Shown here piece after piece: positions 10,451 to 52,718 of a stretch of 60,000 bases of DNA (positions are counted from its first letter, which is position 1; every line of letters starts with the position of its first letter). Location: the NCBI RefSeq assembly GCF_037042905.1, contig NC_087250.1:9426001-9486000 (forward strand). Reading direction: 5' to 3'. A program made the translations under genes and the position numbers. The notes under the pieces were generated by a model. The model searched no databases. It had not been told where the DNA came from and worked only from the letters and a program-made list of their open reading frames with translations. The stretch comes from Lytechinus pictus. Lineage: Eukaryota.

Positions 10451-13115
10451 ATGCATCTAACATGTGTAGTATTCGTGATTCTTCTTTTAATATGTCGGCC
10501 TATTATTCAAAGGAGTCATTCAGAGCACACTGACAGACAGGGTAAGAGCTCCTTTAAACACAATAAAAACGTTGTTTAACGTGTTTATACAACGCTGTTT
10601 GCTATGAACTCCACAGTAGCTGTTAAACAGTTTATACAGACGTTTGAAATCTTACAGAACAAAGTTTTATTTTTAATATCTAATCTAATGAATTAAGCAT
10701 GTGTTTAATCTGCTAAACAAAGTACTACTGTGAATTTCATATGCGGCTTTGTATAAACATTAAACTTGTTTTGTTTTGTTTTTACTGTGTACGCCTATTA
10801 CTCGACAATACTTTTTTTTAACCTACCCCATTTTTTATTTTTTTAACCTACCCCAAAGATGGTTAAGAAGTTATCCTATATCAATTGTTGTTTTTTCAAT
10901 ATAAATTTCCAATTTATTTCTCATGCAAGTTTGTTTTAACTATTAGTTGGTAGATTAATAATTGAAGAAACTTATTGGTTGGTTAATCGAATTTCTGATT
11001 CTGGAGTTATGTATGATTAGCCGGTGTGTGGGGAGGCATGCAGGGGCCGCGAAAGAAAAGACAAGGAGCTCACTCCTTGGAAGGGGCTTTCGGGGTTGGG
11101 GGCTTTAAAAGGTAAAACAGAGCTGGATAAATTGAAATCGAATGAAGAACAAGAAGAAGAAGAAGACGAAGAAGAAGATGAAATAAGATAGAAAAAACAA
11201 TAAAACAGCGTTCCACGACAAAAAAAGGAAAGGATTACGATGTTCTTTTCTTTACGTTATGTCAAAAAAAATATCAATATATTTTGTTCGCTTGAAATTG
11301 TACCGGGGATTCAGACGTCGAACGTCTGATGCTCATTAAATATACGCGCCTGAATCAATTTTCAAGCTTTGTTGGTTTAACGACAAAAATCTAAATCGAT
11401 GGTACTTATGACGTTACGAGCAAGAAACGTTTTCCCCCCTTAACAATCAACAATAAATTACACCAACAGTTTGATTTTACTGGTACCTTTCGTTTGACAG
11501 ATAAAGCAATTCGCTTAATTTGTTTTCTCACACTATTGTAAGAGATTTGAATCATATCAAAATTGGCTGTAAACCAAGGCACAGGTCAAAGGTTAGATTC
11601 GATTTGACAGGGGCGGATTCAGGATTTTCCAAAGGGGGGGGGGCACATTTTCCCGAGAAAAATTTGACAGGCAGAAAATAATGTCCTCACTTGTGTATGA
11701 AGGTCATATTCCTATCAATAATGGAATTAATAATATATGCCGTGACTTTCAAAGGGGGGGGGGGACACACTTGTGTAAGAACGGCATATGTACATTAACA
11801 ATTTTGTTTATGGCTCCCAAGGGGGGGGGGGGGGCACCGGATGTGCCCTTGTCTTTTTATTAAGACCACGAAAAAGAAAGATATCAATATACGAAATATG
11901 AGAGTAATAAATGGATATGTAAATAAAATAAACTAAATTGGATTGAATTGAATAAAAAAATAGGGACAGAAGCTCTCGATATCTATGTCAGTAAACCATA
12001 AAAAGTACTGTTTTACTATTGTACTATTTTAATGCCTAAGAAGTCTGGGCGACCGTGGTTCAGCCCCCCTCCCCCTATATCGACCACCCCCCCCCCCCCC
12101 GCTTGTCGGCCATTGACCGGGCGATCACGACGAAAATCTGCACGCACGTTACCGTGACTTAAAATCTGGATAATCTCATTATTCCCCAAAATCTCATTAT
12201 TGGATATGCTACCTTATGCATAAAATATTGAAGGTCTGCTGCCAGGAAACTGGATAAAATTCTTTAAAATGAATCTTTTATGAGATTTTGTCCAAATTAA
12301 TGCGCTTTACCAAAATTGGTGTCACTATTCTTCCGCATTTTATTGTTTGTTCGATATTTATGTACACGGGGTCGCAAGTTTGGTCTCAAAAAGTTGCGCG
12401 GGACTACCCCTCCCCCAAAAAAGGAGGGGCCTTGGAAAACGCGTGACACCTTATTTTCAAGCTTCTAATTTATCCCAACGAAGGGATCGAGGGGAAGCTC
12501 CCCCCCCCCCTCCAATATCATTAAGGTGGATATTTTCGCATTTGTTGTCAACTTTTGTATTGAGAATTTCTGCTAACTATCTTTACTATAACATTTTGTC
12601 AGGGTGATCTTCCCCTTCAAATCAGAACAATCACAATTAGGCATATGCCAAAAATAAACATAATCTATAACGGGCCTAATTTTACTTTATTTTCTTCTCT
12701 GATAATTAGACATCCTTCCATCCATTCAACCTTCGCCCAAATGTTCATGAATGTTGTCGATGACATTCATGCACACATTCCCCATTTATTTTCAACAGAT
12801 GAACGTATACACCCTGGCGACTTCCAGACATCTCGGCCTGATTCATATTCGACACCGGACCCAGATGAAGCCGGCCTACCTCTGCTTTCCATAATGCTCA
12901 TCGCCGTTATCGTCGTTGTCAACACCGCTGTCGCCGTCGTGATCATTTACACGTGTTATAAGTGCTGGGAATACGGTTATGATTCCAGCGAGTCGCGAGA
13001 TAGTAGTAGCGGATTGGTGCTTTATCGACACAGCTCTTATAGGTTTCGGTTAAAGAGACTCGAAAGCCGGACCAGCGTTGATACTAATTGTCGTTCATCC
13101 GAGAAAAGTACATAA
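10451..13115 (+). CDS. Two-exon gene (10451-10541 + 12799-13115), 135-aa predicted type I single-pass membrane protein of unknown family
   Basis: ATG 10451 with in-frame upstream TAA at 10430; exon 1 MHLTCVVFVILLLICRPIIQRSHSEHTDRQ looks like a signal peptide; G|gtaaga donor and ttttcaacag acceptor join in frame (phase 1); TM LPLLSIMLIAVIVVVNTAVAVVIIYT; TAA 13113-13115; exon 2 is GC-richer than its flanks. Confidence 0.78.
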
Positions 13116-13836
13116 CTGAGACTATTTCCCGGGGGGGGGGGGCACTTAATCTTTTGACGAGTGGATACCATATGCGTGACCAAATAGGGCACGTTATGTA
13201 CGTAACGTAATAATGGTGTCAAAACTAATGAAAAAGGGTATAGATTTCGCTATAGGAAAACTGTGTTTACGGTCAAATAAAAAAAGTAGCCTGGAATAAT
13301 AGGGAAAATAGTTTTCCCCTGCTATACCACTAGCAGTACATTTTCCAGGGAAATAATTATTACATTTAAGTAGTCTATCAAATCATTTATAGGGATATTA
13401 AAGAAAAAATAAACAAAACAAGCCAATTTTCTTTTCAACGTTTTCATACGTTTATTACAACGTAACAAAGATACACGGACATGTACGAAGAACACATAGT
13501 CATGTACCACTAGAACATTTACTTCTTAAACATAGAAGGCGCCTTATATCATTTAGTGATTTATTCATTTATATATCAATTTATTTATTTATTTTTTGGT
13601 TAAAATACATTTTATTCATTTATCATGAATTCTCCATTGGATTTCTACGAGACGCAAAGAAGTTATACCTTTAAATACCTACATCCAAGAATGTCTACGA
13701 GTGTTTATTGTTATGTCTTCCTCTTATTTTTACATTTATGGGGGGTTGGAGTGTGGGGCGGAAAGAAATGTCCAGCTGTATGGCTGGGCATGTAAGCATT
13801 GTTCCTGTATATTCATTTCAATAAATGTACAACTAA

Positions 13837-14227
13837 AGGCCACCGCACACCTTACGACTGATCGCGATCCGATTTTGGAACAAATCGCACTTTGCTCGTT
13901 TTCTGAAAAGGTGAATGGATCCTATCATTTTATTTGGGGTTAATATTAATTGAAAGAATACTACATGTAGTATAACCATTTTGAAAGATTGCAAACCTTT
14001 ATTTTGGAGTAAAGGCCAAATTAGTGTCAAATCGTAGCCAATCGTACGACTGCTATGACGTCATTACGACTAGATATTAAATTCGCTTTTATTCTAAGAA
14101 GGATGATAGCATAGCCACATATTTGAACATAGGTATTTGTACGATGATTACGCACATTACACCGTAAGATATTCTACATTTATTCTGAAATCGGGTCGCA
14201 GACCAATCGTAAGGTGTGCGGTCGCCT
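13837..14227. mobile_element. PIF/Harbinger-like MITE
   Basis: TIR aggccaccgcacaccttacga / tcgtaaggtgtgcggtcgcct, TAA on both flanks. Confidence 0.75.
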
Positions 14228-16892
14228 TAAGTGATTTAACATGAAGACATCTCATCCCCCCCCCCCCAACCCCTTTCTTTTATTCACATTAAAGTGTCGT
14301 TGCGGGCAAGAAACACACCCATATCCTACACTTTCAATATTATGCTTCATAAACTCTTTTTGATCAAGTCTTGGGTCAGAGGCAGTATCAAACGCTACAA
14401 GCAGTGATTTTTTTCTTCTAAATTTATACTGTGTGACGATAACGCATGGATATCTTTATATTACGCAACCTAGCGCCCTCTATGTCAAGAATTGCACACC
14501 ACCTCATCTTAAAGTCATCCCCTTTTAAGTGTGCAATACTTTGCATACATACATCATTGTATAATGGCATGTATGATGATGATGATGATAAAGACATCCA
14601 CTAACTAATAACATCTTTTACTCCCTAACATGGTACAATATCCATGTGAGACACATGCAAAATTTTTCGGTAGAAGAAATAATCATCAGAAAAAAAATAA
14701 TCATGTCGGGGTCCGGGCACGAAAATAAGGTTTGTAACATCATACGTAACAATAACTAACTTCACAAATTCGAAGAACATGTTATAGTGATCATATAGCC
14801 TAAATGTACAATATATAATGCATTTCTCTTAAAAATGAATATATAAATAGCATATATCATAATTTGACAATAAAGCATTCGTTATACGCAATGGAAGAAT
14901 AGTTCAATCACAACTGCTTGTTGAAAGTTACAACACGCGAAGCCACTAAACATGGGGAATAGCATTAGCTCAGAATGTGTACATTGATTGGTTGTGGAAA
15001 CGCAGGAGCGGTTCACTGAAAGTTGAAATCGATTTGGAGATGCTTTTATGCCAATCAAAATGCATATAATTGATTTTATCTCATTTTCAAATTGATTTTA
15101 GCTTTTAGTGAAACACCCCCCTTGGCAGAATCGTATGAAGAGTTGCGATCTATTACAAGAGTCAACGATGACGAGAGAGGGAAAGAGAGCAGGAGAGAGA
15201 GAGACAGACAGAGGAGAGAGAGAGAGCCTTCCAATACATACACACAACTGCATCTTCACTTCCATTAGCCAAAACGCCATTGGGTTACGAGGGTCAAGTT
15301 TCACAAAACTGTACCTAAGATGACAAAGAACTCTGTACCGGTACATAAAGTAATCAACAACTTTAGATATTCATGTTTCATGGAAAACCAAATAGAATTC
15401 AAAATTAGCTACAATTACCAATTTCCTATGGTCAAAGGTATATTCAAAAGTCTCGAGGTAGACTTCAAATTTAGACTAAGTCTAAAAATTGACAATACAT
15501 AATGTTTTATAAAATAAAATAACGATAAAAAGAACTGTATTTTACAAGAATCATTATTATTCAATCTGAATGCCCAGAAATAAAACATTCCAGTTTAAAG
15601 GAGTCCTTGAAAAATTATTACAAATAAATTTGAGCTTTCCATAATTGAAAATGTAATTCCTAAAGTTGTTGTCATCTTTAGGACAGCTTTGTGAAACCTG
15701 ATACCCCCAAAATATTTGAGCATTTTATTTTATAGCTTTCACATGCATTTATACATATCCTATACACATATAAATGAATCTTTCATTCAAAGCAGTAGTC
15801 AATAATTGTAACATATAAAATTTCTGAATTTTACATAAATGTACAAGCACATATGCTACAAAGCAAAGCAAAAGAAAAAAAAAGAAAAAAAAGATAAATA
15901 AAAAAGAAAGAAAATCCGCTAGGAAACAAGTGATTAAAAGAAAAAAATTCTATCTCTATCCAAAGAAGAAACAAAATCTGATCGGGTATAAAAAAAAAGT
16001 TTAGAAAGTAGTGTCATACAGTGGGATTCAGATGACCCATGCCCCGTTTGCACAAAAGATTGTTATCAATGACAAGCCAATGAAATGCGCAGTAACCACA
16101 CATTCTGATTGGCTAAGGGCATATTTATGAATGATGTCCGACATTTGTAACTGATGAAATGAAACGTAACTTGTTGGTTGAAATGTGAAGAGTAGCAAGA
16201 ATGATTTACTTGTTTCTCTTTATGGACTAACAATAACAAGGAGAAATAAGACATACAAGTACAAAAAGGAGCAAAAATTATATTTCAATAAAGACTAACC
16301 ATAATATTATCTACAACACACATAATAATTCTACAAATGCTCTATTTGAAATGCCGAATGAAAGTGATATAAAATCTGGTGTGCACGGTGTTTCGAATGA
16401 ACACAAGAACAGTAGAGTTATTATTTTCTATCTTACGCATAATCTTGCATAGGAAAGGATATATCTCTTAATGAATGGAACATAATCTATACAATATGAA
16501 CTTAGGCAAGGAACACGATGACAGAATGATGTAATAATGAAAAGGCATGATGTCACAATAGAAATGGGTGATGTCATAGTAGAGAAAGGGTGACATCACA
16601 ATGCAAAGTAATGAATGGATAAATTTCAGTGTGAACTGTACTTGAAATGAGTGATGTCACAATGGAAAAAAGCAGCACATCATTTATGACATCACAATGC
16701 AAAATGATTTACAATACCAAGACCTCGAAATAAAGACATGGAAGAACAGTCATTAGATAAAAGCAAAATGTAATAGCTATTTTCAAATGAGAAGTGTCCA
16801 TTCTTTTCATTCTGCAAAAAAAATTTACCCAAAACAGCATGCTTGAGAGTTTGTGATATGAAAACATTGAGATGAAGTTGCAGCATTGGAAT

Positions 16893-17377
16893 ATGGAACC
16901 TGTCACCCCAAAACCAACAATAAGTCGACCCAAATGAATATTGATATATTTATTGGGCTTGAAAATTTGTTTCCGAAATCTTAAAAATGATATATGATTT
17001 GTTAAAATTGACCAACAATAACCATTACAAGTACTTGATTGAATGCAGAGAAAATTCAGCAAGAGCTTAAAAAAATAGGGAGAAAACAAGGTTTGAAGTT
17101 TGGAGTTCACTCAAGCACGAGATGTGCATACGGTGTAATCTCAGTGAAACTTCCAAGCAGTCCGAAAAAGTAGTGTCAATGAAACTCTTGTATCTTTTCT
17201 TTAATTCAACTTCATGGCCTTAACTTTTTACAGTATGAAGAAGAAGAATTGCTCTTTCAGATAAGCTTTTTTTTTCTTTCTAATTTTTGTTTTTTGAAGA
17301 CTAAATTACTATTTTGCCTATTTACAGAGAACCTTACCTGGCGACTTGTTGGTGGTTTTGGGGTGGTAGGTCACATA
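16893..17377. mobile_element. MITE (second copy ~23232-23692)
   Basis: TIR ..caccccaaaaccaacaataagtcg / cgacttgttggtggttttggggtg..; internal sequence shared with 23350-23690. Confidence 0.65.
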
Positions 17378-20300
17378 TACTGAAAGCAATACAAACCAAA
17401 TATACTATTAAATCAGTATTAGAAGAGACACTACTTTAATTAATGCCAGAACAGTCATGAGTGCATTGTCTCTATTCATGTGAAAACAATATTGGGTAAT
17501 AGCTTGTGTGTGTGTGTCAGCAAATGCTTTGTAATTAGGCTCCCATGTTCTGATTTTTACTTATGTTAGGAAATGAAATTCACCCTAGAATTGATTATAA
17601 ATAGAAATCTGTATGTATCTTACTTTAGACTTTCGAGTTACAAAAAATATTCATGCAAACAATGATCTGGCCAATGAAATTTCGCTCATTTCATGACAAA
17701 TGTGCAATATTTCAGGGGAAACCAAAATGAATTTATATTTTGTAGACACTTTTGCGCATTTCATTGACATTGGTAGTGGCCCGGAGCTGGTTAAACGATT
17801 TAAATACAAGGTTAACAAAAAAGAAATATTTCATGAAGCTTCAAGAAATAAAGATGTATTTCCTAAATTTCATATAGAAATGTAATTCCCCTTTCAAATT
17901 AGCGTCCCACATAGGAGGAAAAAACTAAGACAACATTTGTATCCATTCATTTGGTGTTGGGTGTTAGCATCGTATCAGGTGTTAACAGATAATACAAAGG
18001 GAGATTGCTGAATTAACACTTAAAGTCTAACACTTAAAGTCTAACACTGCAGAAGCACATACAGGTTTACCTGTAACATAGGATTTGGTGTTGGGTGTTA
18101 AACATAGCACCAGGTGTAACAGACAATACAAAGGGGGCAATTAATGCACTAACACTAACACTCCGAGAAGTAATCTGTCTAAACACTAAAACAACACTGG
18201 AAATGAAAACCTATGCCTTTTGTACACATGCTCTAATCTACATAAACAATTAATATATCATGTTAAAGATTTCATTGTAAAAATATAATATCTATATCAT
18301 TTCAATATTTGAATCACTTTAATAACTTTATGTACTCATACAATTATTTTTTTTCTTCGATAATGAATAATGTAATATAATCCACTCCAACACTGCGTAT
18401 GCTCATGAATATAGTGGGTTGATTTATAGTTTCTCATCTTTTACCCCTAATTTAACTGGGCTATTTCAGACCAGGGGCCCGTGAACCAAAACTTAGCAAT
18501 GATCGTAGAGCATTTTTCTACGATTGATTGCATTGACTACAATGTACTATCAATCGTGAAAATCAAGCGTACGATCAATCGCTAACCTTTGTGTTGCAGA
18601 ACCCTGGATATACAGCGGGGGGGGGGGGGGGTAATTTGACCCTCCCCCTTCAGTTCTCGGCCGCTGATTGTGCGATTGCCATGAAAATTTGCATACACGC
18701 TGGGTCTTAACCACTAGACTACGGCGCCCCCAAATGTTTAACATGTTAAACAATCACCCATGTGATCAATACCAAATAAGCTATAATTTTGGTTGTAATG
18801 TATACGGATAGGCCTATTCAGCATTAGGTAGATACCCTGAATTGGCTGTATAGATTACAGCTATTATTGGGTTGTGCCCCTTTTTATAAAAACCTTAGTC
18901 AAAATACATGTACAGCAATACTGAAGTAATATTACGGAGTGGTATTCTGTGGAGTTTATGAACGGGGATTGACAAGGGCTTAAACTGGTGTGCATTGGCA
19001 ATATCACAATTTTGCGGTATTGACATACATGAACGGGGTACGAGACAGGAGTTAATGTTAATATGTACATGTATCGATATCTTGTGGTGTTGATGAACAG
19101 ATGGAAGAATGAAAACAAAAATATATATATCAGGCCTGCAAACATCTGAAAACGGAAAAAAGGCATGAATTTTTCTGCTCGATGTCAGGTGTGTCTCCCT
19201 CGTTTATTTTCAATTTTTAAAACCTGTTTCGCATTATTATATTTCAATATTGAGAAATTACAAGTGTTCAAAAACCATATTAATCTTACACTCATACACA
19301 CATACACACACCAAAACCCCACCACGAATGGGCTGATTTAAATTAATGGAAAAAGGGAGTGCTCCTCTTTTTGGTTGATAAAATATCTCAAAAACGGGGT
19401 AACTCCTGGAAAAAAGGAGTACAAGTAGTTGGCAGGCCTGTATATATTTTTTATTTCAACAGTACTTGTCATGTTTACAAGGACCTTATATCAAATTTCT
19501 TCCAATCAACAGATAATTCAGACCTTGAAATTAAAATCTTTGATTTATTGGCATGCTCCATAAATATCAACCCTGATATTTGTAAAAGTGGATACCTATC
19601 GGGGGAGCTGTTTCACAAAGGGTTAAGTGTGATTTAAGTCACTTTCAAGTGCCAACGTACAAACGGTATCTGGTAATTTAAGTCGTGTTAAAGGGTGATC
19701 GATTGCATGGCAGTGCAATCTCGCCAACTAACTCAGGGCATATATCCTGACAATGATCTTTGATATATATGTATGCTGATGTGTATATATATCGCACCTT
19801 ACGGAGAATTTAAGTTAAATTTTAAGCCACATTTAAGCCTTCAAAGGACAGCCTTTACCAATTAGGTTACTGTATACCACACCAAACTGACAATTCCAGT
19901 GTAACGGTTATAAAACACCAATCAGACGATACATTTAATCTACAATTAATTTTTTTATAAGAAAAAAGGTAGTTTGTTTTTGCCTGTAGAAATTTATATC
20001 TACAATCGTAGAAAATTGAAAGCTCGTTGATGCCGTAAAAAACCTGAAGTGGAATTGAAATTACTGGTATGAAACCTCCTAGTTCACAAATGAGGCCCGG
20101 TTTCCATGAAACATGTCATGATTATAAATTTGTTATACCAGTTCAAAGCTACTGAAATGATTCAATGCGATTGGCTGTTAGTAAATGTGTTATAGAAATT
20201 GTACATGGAACCAATTTCACAAAACAGGACAATAACGCTGCAAAGCTCAGCATCATTTTCTAGATTGTGTCAAATATGTGACCTATTACCCGTTAACATA

Positions 20301-20741
20301 AAGTGCAGCAATGATCGTAGCACATTTTTTTACAACTGATTGAATGGCCTAAAATGAACAATCAATCATAAAAATCAACCGTACAATTAATCGCTAACCT
20401 TTGTGTTACGGGTCGCAACCATCCCTAAACCAAACTTAAAGTTGTCGGAGAATGTTCTCTGCAAAAGGCCTAGATACTAATTTGGTATTCATAAAGTAAA
20501 AAAATGAGAAAATCAGCTCCTCCGAAATGAGTCATACTTGTTCCGCGGATTACAATTTAATTCTTGAGAATTAAAAATCAATCAAAAATTGAATTCTAGA
20601 TTGAAATAGAATTAGAATTTAATCTAGAATTGAATGCATTGGAGTGGTTTAAGTACTCTGGTGACTATTACATCATGGCAGTGTTTGGATGTTTCAACAG
20701 ATTCTTGTGAAATAACAGGGATTTACAGTAAACCAAGATGA

Positions 20742-21110
20742 TGGTCGAGTGGTCTAGTGGTTAGAGCATCTGACTCATGATTACGAGGTTCGTAGTTCAA
20801 ATCCCCACTCGGCAATTGCCTAAACTTTAACCACAAAAGGACCCGAGAGTAATTACTGTCTATAAGGTCAGCAACTACGGCATGACTAATTAACTTAAAA
20901 ATAAAATGTTCCTTAAGTAATTTGTTGTACGAGATTGGCGTTAACGTGGTAGAAAGCCGAGAGTAATTACTGTCCATATGGTCAGCAGCTGTAACGGCAT
21001 GACTGATTGAGTTAGAAATAAAATGTTCCTTACGTAATTTGTTGTACGAGATTGGCCTTAATGTAGTTGAAAGCTGTGCCGCTGAGTTCCTACAGAAGTT
21101 ACTTACGTAG
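20742..21110 (+). mobile_element. tRNA-headed SINE, second family (copy at ~47073-47310)
   Basis: ggtctagtggttagagc / gttcaaatcc head; body cccgagagtaa..ctataaggtcagc shared with 47150-47310; internal ~117-bp duplication. Confidence 0.7.
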
Positions 21111-21541
21111 AAAAATTCATAACCATCACTTTTTTTTTGGGGGGGGGGTAGGGGTTAAATCCTGCCCATGCTTTCACATGGCACCTTCAAATGTTCGGAA
21201 CGATGGTTCCTCAAAAAACATTTCAAACACTGAAAAGCCATGAATCAGTGATTAAAGAAAACTGAGAAGATAGCGAATCAAGAGCTTAGATTCATCTGGT
21301 GAAGTTACTGCGACAGCGCTATCATGAAAATTGTATACAATATCCAGTTGTACTGAAATATATATATATCTTCTCCAATATACTTAAACTAAAAATATCA
21401 AATGTCAATTATAATAGTCAATATTTTCAGGCTGCCAGCTTTTCATGAAGCTGGTCATCAAGTTATGCATGTCTTTGTAAAAGCACGAATAATCAGTTTT
21501 GCGCAGAGTCATTCATAACTTTACAGATAACTCAAAGAACT

Positions 21542-21688
21542 GGGGTCCGTTGCAGAAAGAGTTGCGTTTAAACGCAAGTCCAAAAATCAATCGCAAGTCC
21601 CTAATGCGCGCTGTTGATTGGTTGAAAATCAAGTTGCGCATGATTTTTAGAGTTGTGATTGACTGCAACTCTTTCTGCAACGGGCCCC
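21542..21688. mobile_element. Short hairpin MITE
   Basis: ggggtccgttgcagaaagagttgc / gcaactctttctgcaacgggcccc. Confidence 0.7.
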
Positions 21689-22334
21689 TGTCCTGGCATC
21701 CTTCTACACAAAGGTTACCATAACGGTAAATGTAGCTTTGCCTTTCATGGAATCCTTGATTTTGATTTGCTGTTTATCGGTGTTACCATGGTAGTTACCA
21801 TAGAATGGCACACTTACAATAGTAATTTTTTATGCAATGGGGCCCAGATTTCATAACTCTGGGGGGGGGGGGGGAGATTCACAAAGAGTTAAGTATGACT
21901 TAAATGCCTAGTTACGTGCGGTATACAAGATATCACCACATTGGTCAGATGATGCCATGAGAATGTGCATTTCTGCGAATCGATCAAGAAGATTGCGCGT
22001 TTCATATCGAGTACACGTCGGCATTGAAGCGCGGCTCCGAGTCATACTTAAATCTTTGTGAAACATCCCTCTGGGCTTAATGGCACGGTTCCTCATCTGG
22101 TTCTGTCCAAGTTGCACAAGTCAGCCCATCCCTCCATCCTGACCCAATCAGTGCATCCTCTGATGAGTCGTCTGTTTAATGATTGAATGATAGATGAGAA
22201 GCATGAAGAGTTAACACCATTGCATGCGAGCGAGCGAGCGAGCGAGTTTCACCACAGACCGAAGCACTCCGGGTCTGGCACTATACATGTACATGTAGTT
22301 CATTCTTTTCTTGCGCGAGAGATTTGAGATGGTT

Positions 22335-52054
<29,720 letters not shown>

Positions 52055-52201
52055 CTAGTGAGAATAAAACAAAATATGCAAGGGAAATTAACACGGGTTG
52101 ATGAACTAAACAATAAGATATTAACAAATAAAATGTAATCATCAACATAGTCGGAGTCACACCTCTTTTAAAGACACCGATACAGTTCAGGGCCCGTCTT
52201 A

Positions 52202-52718
52202 TACCCCCGTCACACTTATTCGGAATCAGCAGGAATCGAGCAGAACCAGCCAGAATGAAGAACTTTCCAAATTCGTGCCACAGTCGGGAGGGAATTTGAA
52301 ATTTTCACTACTTTTGCAAAAATGTCGTTCGAATACTTAGAACGTCCTTTGATCCCGCCTCGAATGATTCTTGCACATTCCGGGTGTATTGACTGTCGAA
52401 TGCAGCTCGAATACAGTCGGAACACAGGAAGAATATTAAGAATGCTGTTAGAATGCAGCAAGAATATTTAGAATGCAGTCAGAGAGCGGTCAGAATGCAC
52501 TTTGAATGTCGTTCGATATTTCTCCACTTCGAATGCACTTCGAAAGTTTTGAACATGAGCAAAACATTCGGGCCGGTCACAAGAATGGACCCGAATGTCT
52601 GGAATGCACTCAGAATGCAGTCAGAATTTTTAGAATGTGCTTCGAATATCCAGGAATGTACAAAGAATTTTCATTCCGAGGCATTCCGGCTCATTCCGCC
52701 TCTAGTGTGACGGGGGTT
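52202..52718. mobile_element. GAATG-rich MITE (probable TTA TSD, Harbinger-like) nested in another MITE (~52190-52987)
   Basis: TIR acccccgtcacact / agtgtgacgggggt; host ends gggcccgtctta..caaagag / ctttgtaagatggggccc. Confidence 0.7.

Noticed and set aside
12645..12798. N-terminal part of the 156-aa ORF 12645-13115
   Set aside because: AT-rich, ends in a canonical acceptor at 12798; better explained as intron with the real start in exon 10451-10541.
20742..20815. tRNA-Met-like sequence (CAT in the anticodon position); tRNA-like heads at 25075, 38340, 38641, 46203, 47073
   Set aside because: Imperfect stems, each followed by a shared repeat body and tail: SINE heads rather than tRNA genes.
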